32,000 nucleotides of DNA, taken from Geobacter sulfurreducens PCA (lineage in GTDB: Bacteria; Desulfobacterota; Desulfuromonadia; Geobacterales; Geobacteraceae). Within the stretch, counting starts at the first letter, position 1. Each line of letters begins with the position of its first letter. The position numbers and the translations under genes were made by a program. Below are positions 8,915 through 16,944 of this stretch, piece by piece. The stretch covers positions 3,600,001 through 3,632,000 of the forward strand of contig NC_002939.5 in NCBI RefSeq assembly GCF_000007985.2, given 5' to 3'. Under the pieces are notes generated by a model. It was not told the DNA's origin, ran no database searches, and saw nothing but the letters and a program-made list of their open reading frames with translations.

Positions 8915-8963
8915 CGCGTCATGAATTCGTGCGGGCCAAGCTCACGGCTCAGCGGAGCGGGCC

Positions 8964-9164
8964 TCAGCCGCCGCCAATGGAGCAGGCGTGGCCGCCTGCC
9001 GGCGCGACGCCGGCCGAGCTCCCCACGGCAGGTGCGGAGATGAGTTTTCTGACCCGGTCGGAACCGCACGCAGGGCAGCATGTCTCTCGCTCACCCGCAC
9101 CCATCTTCTGGAGTAAGGAAAACGTCCCGCCACAGTCCTCACAGCGATATTCGTATATCGGCAT
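8964..9164 (-). CDS. FmdB-family zinc-ribbon protein (CxxC...CxxC)
   Basis: 66 aa: MPIYEYRCEDCGGTFSLLQKM...CPACGSDRVRKLISAP with a Gly-rich tail, the characteristic FmdB signature. SD GGGAGG upstream on the minus strand. Confidence 0.75.
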   Translation of the reverse strand: MPIYEYRCEDCGGTFSLLQKMGAGERETCCPACGSDRVRKLISAPAVGSSAGVAPAGGHACSIGGG

Positions 9165-9270
9165 CTGGAACCTCCCGTTTCAATGTTACATTCAAATTAC
9201 CATATGTCTTATGATTTAATCAATGCGATTCTGGGCCTGCCCACGGGACGAATAACCGGTGCGTTGAACG

Positions 9271-9306
9271 AAAAAAGGGCGGTCCCTTCAGGGACCGCCC
9301 TTTTTT
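9271..9306. terminator. Bidirectional rho-independent terminator (ends hppA)
   Basis: AAAAAA-GGGCGGTCCC-TTCA-GGGACCGCCC-TTTTTT: perfect 10-bp GC-rich stem flanked by A6 and T6. Confidence 0.85.
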
Positions 9307-9329
9307 CTGCAGATAGATAGTGCCGCTCG

Positions 9330-11372
9330 TTAGCCCATCTTGGCCAGAAGCGGCACGATGAGAAGCGACACGATGTTGATGATTTTGATCATCGGGTTGA
9401 CGGCCGGGCCGGCGGTGTCCTTGTAGGGGTCGCCCACGGTGTCACCCGTGACGGCCGCCTTGTGGGCTTCACCACCCTTGCCGCCGTGATAGCCGTCCTC
9501 GATGTACTTTTTGGCGTTGTCCCAGGCGCCGCCGCCGGTGGTCATGGAGATGGCGACGAAAATGCCCGTAACGATGGTGCCGACGATCACGCCCCCCAGG
9601 GCCTTGGGGCCGAGGGTAAAGCCGATGATGACCGGTGCGGCGATGGGAATGATGCCCGGGATCACCATTTCCTTGAGGGCGCTCTTGGTGACGATGTCGA
9701 CGCAGGCGGCATAGTCGGGCTTGCCGGTGCCTTCCATGATCCCCTTGATCTCGCGGAACTGGCGGCGAACCTCTTCAACGACCGAGCCGCCGGCCTTGCC
9801 GACCGCCTCCATGCAGAGGGCGGCAAAGTAGTAGGGCAGCATGCCGCCCAGGAAGAGACCGACGATGATGTAGGGATCGGCCAGGCTGAACTCGATGTTC
9901 TGCCCCGCCAGCTTCAGTTCGTCCACGTAGGAGGTGAAGAGAATGACCGCGGCCAGACCGGCGGAACCGATGGCGTAGCCCTTGGTGACGGCCTTGGTGG
10001 TGTTGCCCACGGCGTCCAGGGGGTCGGTGACGGCGCGAACCGAATCGTCCAGTTCGGCCATCTCGGCGATGCCGCCCGCGTTGTCGGTAATGGGGCCGTA
10101 GGCGTCCATGGCAACGACGATGCCCGTCAGCGACAGCATGGACACGGCGGCAATGGCGATGCCGTACACGCCGGCGCACTGGAACGCCACGATGATGCCG
10201 GCGGCGATGACGATGATCGGCATGGCCGTGGACTTCATTGAGACGCCGAGGCCGGCGATGATGTTGGTGGCGTGGCCGGTGGTGGAGGCCTGGGCGATGT
10301 GCTTCACCGGGGCGTACTCGGTGGCGGTGTAGTATTCGGTGATCCAGAAGATGGCACCGGTGACCACCAGGCCGACAATGGCGGAGATAAAGATGTTAGT
10401 GGCGGAGTACCCGGTGGGGTTCCCTTCGGGGAACATCTGAACCGTGACGAAGTAGAAGGCGATACAGGCGATGACGCCTGAGGCGATCAGCCCCTTGTAG
10501 AGGGCAGGCATGATCTTCTGGCTGGCGCCAAGTTTGACGAAGAAGGTGCCGATGATGGAGGCGATGATGGAGATGCCGCCGAGGATCAGCGGATAGGTCA
10601 CCGCGCCTGAGAAGTTGTTGAAGGCGATGGCGCCCAGCAGCATGGCGGCGATCAGGGTCACGGCATAGGTTTCGAACAGGTCGGCGGCCATGCCGGCGCA
10701 GTCGCCCACGTTGTCGCCCACGTTGTCGGCGATGACCGCCGGGTTGCGCGGGTCGTCCTCGGGAATACCGGCTTCAACCTTGCCCACCAGGTCGGCACCC
10801 ACGTCGGCACCTTTAGTGAAAATACCGCCGCCGAGACGGGCGAAGATCGAGATCAGGGAGCCGCCGAAGCCGAGGCCTACCAGCTGGCTCACGATGTCCT
10901 TGACCGGAGCGCCGGGCATCAGCTGCTGCAGGACCAGATAGTAACCGGCCACACCCAGGAGCCCGAGACCGACCACCAGCATGCCGGTGATTGCCCCGCC
11001 CTTGAAGGCCACGTTGAGAGCCTTGTGGATGCCGGACTTGGCGGCTTCAGTGGTCCGGATATTGGCGCGAACCGAAACGAACATGCCGATGAAGCCGGTC
11101 AGGCCCGAGAAAATGGCACCGATGGCGAAACCAACGGCGGTTTTCATCCCCAGCGTGGCGAACAGGGCAATAAACATGACCACGCCGACCACGGCGATGA
11201 TGGTGTACTGGCGCTTCATGTAGGCGCCGGCACCCTCTTGGACCGCTGCGGCGATCTGGCGCATCCGCTCGTTCCCCTGGGGGAGCCCCAGGATCCACTG
11301 GGCCGAGGCGAGGCCGTAGACAACGGCCGCCGCGGCACAGACCAGGGCGAAATAGACTGCATACTGTTCCAT
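9330..11372 (-). CDS. hppA: Membrane-bound proton-translocating pyrophosphatase, K+-independent type
   Basis: 680 aa, polytopic. Motifs [69 protein letters not shown] carries the Lys (not Ala) diagnostic of K+-independent H+-PPases. SD AGGAGG. Confidence 0.95.
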   Translation of the reverse strand: MEQYAVYFALVCAAAAVVYGLASAQWILGLPQGNERMRQIAAAVQEGAGAYMKRQYTIIAVVGVVMFIALFATLGMKTAVGFAIGAIFSGLTGFIGMFVSVRANIRTTEAAKSGIHKALNVAFKGGAITGMLVVGLGLLGVAGYYLVLQQLMPGAPVKDIVSQLVGLGFGGSLISIFARLGGGIFTKGADVGADLVGKVEAGIPEDDPRNPAVIADNVGDNVGDCAGMAADLFETYAVTLIAAMLLGAIAFNNFSGAVTYPLILGGISIIASIIGTFFVKLGASQKIMPALYKGLIASGVIACIAFYFVTVQMFPEGNPTGYSATNIFISAIVGLVVTGAIFWITEYYTATEYAPVKHIAQASTTGHATNIIAGLGVSMKSTAMPIIVIAAGIIVAFQCAGVYGIAIAAVSMLSLTGIVVAMDAYGPITDNAGGIAEMAELDDSVRAVTDPLDAVGNTTKAVTKGYAIGSAGLAAVILFTSYVDELKLAGQNIEFSLADPYIIVGLFLGGMLPYYFAALCMEAVGKAGGSVVEEVRRQFREIKGIMEGTGKPDYAACVDIVTKSALKEMVIPGIIPIAAPVIIGFTLGPKALGGVIVGTIVTGIFVAISMTTGGGAWDNAKKYIEDGYHGGKGGEAHKAAVTGDTVGDPYKDTAGPAVNPMIKIINIVSLLIVPLLAKMG

Positions 11373-11571
11373 GAACCAACCTCCTATGATAGATAGCCGA
11401 ACAGGCCGTGTTTCCGCAAAAAAAGCCCCGCATCCGCAGAGCGAAAAACGAAAAATTGTTATAGGAAACCATGCGAATTGTCAACGTTAAAATGCCTCGC
11501 CCGCCCGGTGCGACGACAATCGTGCAAAGAGGCTTGTTGACTCGTGCAAAGCCTGATAGTATTGAACAATT

Positions 11572-11600
11572 ATTGACGTAGACTCTCAAATGCAATAAAA
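11572..11600 (+). promoter_or_regulatory. Candidate sigma70 promoter of the perR-like operon (near-leaderless)
   Basis: TTGACG (11572-11577), 17-nt spacer, TAAAAT (11595-11600). ATG at 11611 has no SD, so the transcript would start within a few nt of the start codon. Confidence 0.35.
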
Positions 11601-11610
11601 TACCAATTAC

Positions 11611-12051
11611 ATGAACGAGAAAATTCAATTCAAAGAATCAAAGCTTCAGGCCCTCGAAGCGGGGTGCCGCAAAAACGGGTTCGCCATGACCGTCCAGCGT
11701 CGGGTCATCATGGAGGCACTGGCGGAACGGACTGACCACCCCACGGCCGACCAGTTGTATGATACGGTCAAGGGCCGACTGCGCGGTATCTCTCGTACGA
11801 CTGTGTATCGCGTCCTGGAAACTCTGGTGGGCATCGGAGTCGCGCAAAAGATCAGTAATCCGGAGGCAAAGGCCCGATTCGACGCAGACACCGAGCGGCA
11901 CCATCACGCGGTCTGTTCCCGGTGTCAGCGGGTAAGCGACATTCACGACCCCCAGCTCAACTCACTTCCGATACCGGCCGGCGAGATCGGGGGATTCACA
12001 ATCACCGACTATTCCATCAACTTCAGCGGGCTGTGCGCCGACTGTCGTTAG
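11611..12051 (+). CDS. perR: Fur-family transcriptional regulator, PerR-like by context
   Basis: 146 aa: winged-helix N-domain (TVQRRVIMEALAERTDHPTADQLY), HHHAVCSRC and CADC metal-site motifs. Heads an operon of O2/peroxide detoxification genes. Confidence 0.8.
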   Translation: MNEKIQFKESKLQALEAGCRKNGFAMTVQRRVIMEALAERTDHPTADQLYDTVKGRLRGISRTTVYRVLETLVGIGVAQKISNPEAKARFDADTERHHHAVCSRCQRVSDIHDPQLNSLPIPAGEIGGFTITDYSINFSGLCADCR

Positions 12052-12079
12052 ATCAGTCTCTGACAAAAGGAGGGATTTC

Positions 12080-12190
12080 ATGAAAAAATGGCGTTGCGTT
12101 GTCTGCGACTACATCCACGAAGGCCCCGAACCGCCCGACGCTTGCCCCGTCTGCGGCGTTGGCCCTGATCAATTCGAAGAAATAACCTGA
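12080..12190 (+). CDS. 36-aa rubredoxin-like mini-protein (rubrerythrin-type CxxC-x12-CxxC)
   Basis: Not in the ORF track (<60 aa). ATG 12080 sits 7 nt after AAGGAGGG. Translation: MKKWRCVVCDYIHEGPEPPDACPVCGVGPDQFEEIT, TGA at 12188-12190. The two Cys knuckles have the spacing of the rubrerythrin Rd domain. Confidence 0.75.
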   Translation: MKKWRCVVCDYIHEGPEPPDACPVCGVGPDQFEEIT

Positions 12191-12248
12191 GATGACCCGG
12201 CTTCACTGCATGATGTATGCGTCAGCTGCGCCAGGGAGGGGTAGGTAG

Positions 12249-12701
12249 ATGGAGTTCGCAACACTGGAAGACATTATCCGTTTCGCTGTTCAGCGGGAAG
12301 AAACCGCCTACCGCCTGTACAAGACGGCGGCAGAGAAGGCCACAAGCATAGCGGCACGCAAGATGTTCGAAGAGATGGCCAATGAGGAGGCGGGTCACAA
12401 GCACGCCTTTGAAAACCTGAACATCGAAGGGGCCGAGCACTACACCTTTGCAGAACGGCCCGACATGAAGCTGGCCGAGTACATGGTCGACCTCCCGTTC
12501 AGGGAGGACATGGACTACCCGGAGATTCTCCGCTATGCCATGAAAACCGAGGAATCGGCCTACAAACTCTACATGGCCGCGTCCGAGATGACCGACGACC
12601 CGAAACTCAAGCGGATGCTCATGGTGCTCGCCGACGTTGAAAAGGGTCACAAGTTGAAGGTAGAAGCCCTGTACGACGAAAAAGTCCTCACCGAAATGTA
12701 G
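12249..12701 (+). CDS. Rubrerythrin-like diiron four-helix-bundle protein without a rubredoxin domain
   Basis: 150 aa. Two E...ExxH pairs (REETAYRLY...NEEAGH; KTEESAYKLY...VEKGH). SD GGGAGGGG upstream. Confidence 0.85.
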   Translation: MEFATLEDIIRFAVQREETAYRLYKTAAEKATSIAARKMFEEMANEEAGHKHAFENLNIEGAEHYTFAERPDMKLAEYMVDLPFREDMDYPEILRYAMKTEESAYKLYMAASEMTDDPKLKRMLMVLADVEKGHKLKVEALYDEKVLTEM

Positions 12702-12744
12702 CAGGAACCGGCGGCCTGGATGCAGAGACGCCTCCACGCCCCTC

Positions 12745-12779
12745 CGGCCCTCCCCTTTGGTGAGGGCCGTTCATGTTTC
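12745..12779 (+). terminator. Intra-operon hairpin plus T-rich tail (partial terminator or attenuator)
   Basis: CGGCCCTC (12745-12752) / GAGGGCCG (12762-12769), perfect 8 bp, followed by TTCATGTTTC. Confidence 0.4.
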
Positions 12780-12830
12780 AAGAGCACGTGAATAATCATT
12801 CCCAACCGACATCAGAAGGAGGTTACGCCA

Positions 12831-14045
12831 GTGAAAGCTGTTGAAATAAAACAAGGTGTGTTCTGGGTGGGCGCTGTTGACTGGGCGGTGCGCGACTTCC
12901 ACGGTTATGAAACCCCGCGCGGCACCACTTATAATAACTTCCTCATCATGGACGAGGAAATCACCCTCATCGATACGGTTAAGTACGATTTCGCCGACCT
13001 TACAATCAAGAACATCGCCGGAATTGTCGATCCGGCGCGGATCAAAAACATCATCATCAACCACATCGAAAACGACCATGCGTCCAGCCTCGACCGGATC
13101 ATGGCGCTGGCCCCCCAGGCAACTATCTATATTTCCGACAAGGGGCGGAAAGGAATCGAACGGTTCTTCGATCTCTCCAACTGGAACGTGAAATCGGTCA
13201 AGACCGGCGACACCCTCTGTATCGGAGCCCGCACCCTCGAGTTCCTTGAAACCCCGATGCTCCACTGGCCCGATTCAATGGTGACCTATTCGCGCCACGA
13301 CCGCATCCTGTTCACCCAGGACGCGTTCGGCCAGCACGTGGCCTCGGCCAGCCGGTTCGACGACGAATTCGAGAAGAGCGATTCGGCCGCCGAACTCGAG
13401 GATGCGGTCGTCGACTACTATGCCAACATCCTGATGCCTTTCGGCCAGATGATCAAAACCAAGATAGCGGAGATCCAGGCCAAGGGATTCGACATCGACA
13501 TCATCGCACCGGACCACGGTCTCATCTGGCGAGCCAATCCCGGCAAGGTCCTCAGCATGTATATGGACATGGCCAACGGGAAGGCGAACGAGTCGGTTGC
13601 CATCATCTACGACACCATGTGGCAAAGCACCGAGAAGATGGCGGTCCCCATTGCCGAGGGAATCAGGGCCGAAGGGCTCGACTGCCGCGTCGTAAAGCTG
13701 CGGGCCACCCCCATGAGCGTCGCCATCAAGGAGTTCTGGAAATCGCGCGGCGCCCTTATCGGCTCGCCAACCCTCAACAACATCCTCTACCCCTCCGTGG
13801 CAGAATTCTTGACCCACCTGCGGGGGCTGCGGCCCAAAAACAGGATCGTGGGGGCATTCGGCAGCTACGGCTGGGGCGGCGGCGCGGTAAGAGACGCCTA
13901 CGAAGAATTCAAGAAGATGGGACTTCAGGCAGTCGAGCCGGGATTCCAGATACCCTATCGTCCTTCCCGGGCCGACGAGGAGGGCGCCTTCGAATTCGGC
14001 CGCAACTTCGCCCGGCAGGTCATCGAGTACCACAAGGGGTTCTGA
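12831..14045 (+). CDS. fprA: Class A flavodiiron protein (rubredoxin:oxygen oxidoreductase / FprA-type O2/NO reductase)
   Basis: 404 aa, GTG start 8 nt after AGGAGG. Metallo-beta-lactamase-like domain with HIENDH (HxExDH diiron motif). C-terminal flavodoxin-like domain (VAIIYDTMWQSTEKMA...GSPTLNN). Confidence 0.92.
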   Translation: MKAVEIKQGVFWVGAVDWAVRDFHGYETPRGTTYNNFLIMDEEITLIDTVKYDFADLTIKNIAGIVDPARIKNIIINHIENDHASSLDRIMALAPQATIYISDKGRKGIERFFDLSNWNVKSVKTGDTLCIGARTLEFLETPMLHWPDSMVTYSRHDRILFTQDAFGQHVASASRFDDEFEKSDSAAELEDAVVDYYANILMPFGQMIKTKIAEIQAKGFDIDIIAPDHGLIWRANPGKVLSMYMDMANGKANESVAIIYDTMWQSTEKMAVPIAEGIRAEGLDCRVVKLRATPMSVAIKEFWKSRGALIGSPTLNNILYPSVAEFLTHLRGLRPKNRIVGAFGSYGWGGGAVRDAYEEFKKMGLQAVEPGFQIPYRPSRADEEGAFEFGRNFARQVIEYHKGF

Positions 14046-14069
14046 CGCCCTCTGCCCCGTGAATCCGCA

Positions 14070-14120
14070 CCTGAACGGGCGTGGCTCTGCGTGCCCCGCC
14101 CGTTCAGGCTTTCTTGCGCT
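14070..14120 (+). terminator. Rho-independent terminator after the flavodiiron gene
   Basis: Perfect 12-bp stem CCTGAACGGGCG (14070-14081) / CGCCCGTTCAGG (14097-14108), followed by CTTTCTTGCGCTTTG. Confidence 0.7.
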
Positions 14121-14150
14121 TTGCTGCACGAACCTGTATCATCGAACCTC

Positions 14151-15410
14151 ATGGACCTGAAGTACGGCGACACCTCATTTTCCCTGGCAATCCCCCCCGA
14201 ACGGCTCATGGGAGTCATCCGCCCGTCGGTGCCCGCACCGGACAGCGATCCGGCAGCCATCATCTCCGAAGCACTTGACCGTTGCGCCGACGCCATCGCC
14301 ACCTTCAGGACGGGCGAACGGGTCGTCATCGTCACCTCGGACATAACCCGTTACACCGGGAGCGAAATCTATCTTCCCCTGCTGGTGGAGCGTCTTGCGG
14401 CTGCAGGAGTCCGGGAGCGCGACATTGAGATCGTCGTGGCCCTCGGCATCCACCGCAAGCAGACAGAACACGAGCACCAGCGGATCACTGGCCCCCTCTA
14501 CGGCCGGATTCGCATTACGGACCATGAGTGCGACAACCCCGGCAAACTCGTCCTGATCGGCCGAACATCCACCGGTGTCGACGTTGTGGTGAACCGCACG
14601 GTGGCGGAAGCCGACCGGGTGATCCTCACCGGGACTATAGGCTTTCACTACTTCGCCGGCTTCGGCGGAGGGCGCAAGAGCATCTTGCCCGGCGTGGCCG
14701 GCCGCGCCAGCTGCATGGCGAGCCACTACGCAGTCCTGAACCCCGGTGAAGGCACCGGCAGAAACCCTCTGGCCACCACCGGCAACCTGGAAGGCAACCC
14801 GGTCCACCAGACCATGGTCGAGGCCTGTGCCATGGTGAATCCTGAATTCATCCTGAACACGGTTCTCTCCCCCGCCAAGCGGATCATCGCCGCCTTTGCC
14901 GGCCACTGGCGCGAGGCCCACGAGGAGGGGTGCCGTTTCTATGCCGACCGGTTCTCCTTTCCCCTGAAGAAGCCGGCGGACCTGGTGGTCGTATCCTGCG
15001 GTGGCTACCCCAAGGACATCAACGTCATCCAGTCCCACAAGTCCATGGAGTACGGCTGTCAGGCCCTGCGCCGGGGAGGAGTCATGGTCCTGCTCGCCCA
15101 ATGCCGGGACGGTTACGGCAATGCAACGTTCTTCGACTGGTTCCGGTTCCGGGAACTGGATGCCTTCGAAGCACGTTTGCGAAGCCACTACGAAATCAAC
15201 GGCCAGACCGCCTTCTCCCTGCTGCAGAAGGCCCGAACCTTCAGCATCATCTTGGTCTCGGACCTCCCCCCGGAGGAGGTGCGGACCATGGGAATGACCC
15301 CCGCCAGAACCCTCGACGAGGCCATGACAGCGGCGGCGAGCCTGCTCCCGTCCGACTACACCGCCTACGTCGTCCCCGAGGGGGGAACGGTGCTGCCGAT
15401 AATGATGTAG
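14151..15410 (+). CDS. larA: LarA-family nickel-pincer-cofactor-dependent 2-hydroxyacid racemase/epimerase
   Basis: The GTG 14091 start in the track lies inside the terminator hairpin. ATG 14151 gives MDLKYGDTSFSLAIP... (419 aa). LarA signature residues are in register: GIHRKQ (His), GFHYFAGFGGGRKSILPG (His, Lys), MASHYAVL (His). Confidence 0.85.
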   Translation: MDLKYGDTSFSLAIPPERLMGVIRPSVPAPDSDPAAIISEALDRCADAIATFRTGERVVIVTSDITRYTGSEIYLPLLVERLAAAGVRERDIEIVVALGIHRKQTEHEHQRITGPLYGRIRITDHECDNPGKLVLIGRTSTGVDVVVNRTVAEADRVILTGTIGFHYFAGFGGGRKSILPGVAGRASCMASHYAVLNPGEGTGRNPLATTGNLEGNPVHQTMVEACAMVNPEFILNTVLSPAKRIIAAFAGHWREAHEEGCRFYADRFSFPLKKPADLVVVSCGGYPKDINVIQSHKSMEYGCQALRRGGVMVLLAQCRDGYGNATFFDWFRFRELDAFEARLRSHYEINGQTAFSLLQKARTFSIILVSDLPPEEVRTMGMTPARTLDEAMTAAASLLPSDYTAYVVPEGGTVLPIMM

Positions 15411-15458
15411 GGGCAAACCTCGTGTTTGCCCGATCTTGGGCGATCACAAGGATCGCCC
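15411..15458. repeat. REP/BIME-like pair of inverted 21-nt hairpin units
   Basis: GGGCAAAC-CTCGT-GTTTGCCC (15411-15431) and GGGCGATC-ACAAG-GATCGCCC (15438-15458). Unit 2 is roughly the reverse complement of unit 1, with compensatory changes. An outer GTAGGGG/CCCCTAC pairing is also possible. Confidence 0.5.
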
Positions 15459-15477
15459 CTACAAGGACATTGCAACA

Positions 15478-16857
15478 ATGATTGATTCCCGCATCATTCA
15501 AGAAATGAAACTAATCGTCGGCACCGACAACGTGGCGACTGACCGCCAGGATCTGCTCTGTTACGGCTATGACGCCACCCAGATGGAATTTCTCCCCGAC
15601 GCCGTGGTCCACCCGGCCTCGCCGGAGGAGATCGCCGCCATCCTGAAGCTGGCCAATGCGGAGCGCTTTCCGGTCTTTCCTCGGGGCGCCGGCAGCGGCT
15701 TCACCGGCGGCGCGCTCCCCAAGGGGGGCGGCATCGTCCTGGTCGTTACCCGACTGAACCGCATCCTCCGCATCGACACCGAGAACCTGGTCGCCGAGGT
15801 GGAGCCGGGTGTCGTCACGGAGCAGTTCCAACAGGAGGTGGAAAAGCTGGGGCTCTTCTACCCCCCCGATCCGGCCTCACTCAAGTTTTCCACCTTGGGC
15901 GGCAACGTGGCCGAGAACGCCGGCGGCCCCCGCTGCGTCAAGTACGGCGTCACCCGCGACTTCGTCATGGGTCTGGAAGTGGTGCTTCCCACCGGCGAAA
16001 TCATCCGCACCGGCGGCGAAACCTACAAGGGAGTGGTCGGATACGACCTGACCCGCCTCCTGTGCGGCAGCGAGGGAACCCTCGGGGTCATCACCAAGAT
16101 CATCTTCAAGCTGTTGCCACTGCCCGAGGCCAAGAAGACCATGCTGACCATCTTCGACTCCATCGACGGTGCGGCAAAGGCGGTCTCCACGATAATCGGC
16201 AACAAGATCATTCCCACGACCCTCGAGTTCATGGACCACGCCACCCTCCAGTGCGTGGAGAAGCGCTTCAATCTGGGGATTCCGGCAGAGGGGCGGGCGG
16301 TGCTCCTGATCGAGGTGGACGGAGACCGGGACCTGATCGAAAAGCAGGCGGCACGCATCCAGGACCTGATCAGGCCCCTGGGCCTCGTGGAATGCAAGAT
16401 CGCCCGGGACGCGGCCGAGTCCGAGGCCCTCTGGAAGGTGCGGCGCCTGGTGTCGCCATCGTTGCGGGACGTGAATCCGGACAAGTTCAACGAGGACATC
16501 GTGGTCCCGCGCTCGAAGGTACCGGATGTTATCCGGGTCATCGACAAGATCCGGCAGAAGTACGACATTCCCATCGTCAACTTCGGCCATGCGGGCGACG
16601 GCAACATCCACGTCAACGTCATGATCGACAAGGCTATTCCTGGACAAGAGGAGAAGGCCCACCGGGCCATCGGCGAAATCTTCCAGGCCGCCCTGGACCT
16701 GAACGGCACCATGTCCGGCGAACACGGCGTTGGCCTGGCCAAGCAACCATACATCCATCTGGAGCTGAAACCGGCCCAGGTGGCGGCCATGAAGGCCGTC
16801 AAGAAGGCACTGGACCCGAACAACATCCTCAATCCGGGAAAGATGTTTCCCGCGTGA
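15478..16857 (+). CDS. glcD: FAD-linked oxidase, GlcD / D-lactate dehydrogenase-like subunit
   Basis: The TTG start in the track runs through the REP-like element. ATG 15478 gives MIDSRIIQEMKLIVGTDNV... (459 aa). PCMH-type FAD domain (PRGAGSGFTGGALP), C-terminal GTMSGEHGVGLAK and LDPNNILNPGK motifs. Confidence 0.9.
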   Translation: MIDSRIIQEMKLIVGTDNVATDRQDLLCYGYDATQMEFLPDAVVHPASPEEIAAILKLANAERFPVFPRGAGSGFTGGALPKGGGIVLVVTRLNRILRIDTENLVAEVEPGVVTEQFQQEVEKLGLFYPPDPASLKFSTLGGNVAENAGGPRCVKYGVTRDFVMGLEVVLPTGEIIRTGGETYKGVVGYDLTRLLCGSEGTLGVITKIIFKLLPLPEAKKTMLTIFDSIDGAAKAVSTIIGNKIIPTTLEFMDHATLQCVEKRFNLGIPAEGRAVLLIEVDGDRDLIEKQAARIQDLIRPLGLVECKIARDAAESEALWKVRRLVSPSLRDVNPDKFNEDIVVPRSKVPDVIRVIDKIRQKYDIPIVNFGHAGDGNIHVNVMIDKAIPGQEEKAHRAIGEIFQAALDLNGTMSGEHGVGLAKQPYIHLELKPAQVAAMKAVKKALDPNNILNPGKMFPA

Positions 16858-16944
16858 TGCGGCGGCAGCCGCCAGGTACGCCGTGAGCGGCTTGCGGGCA
16901 CAGATTCAGTTCCGCGCACTGCGCGACAAAGAAAGGTCGTAGAT

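Noticed and set aside
12080-12701. The rubredoxin-like and diiron ORFs as a frameshifted pseudogene of a single reverse rubrerythrin
   Set aside because: The ORFs are 58 nt apart and each has its own good SD and start. The upstream ORF ends in a natural-looking ...QFEEIT tail. I keep them as two genes, but flag the pseudogene alternative in the finding.
14091-14150. GTG 14091 as the start of the LarA-like gene
   Set aside because: The codon lies inside the 12-bp terminator stem of the preceding gene. The added 20 residues (MPRPFRLSCALLHEPVSSNL) are not LarA-like.
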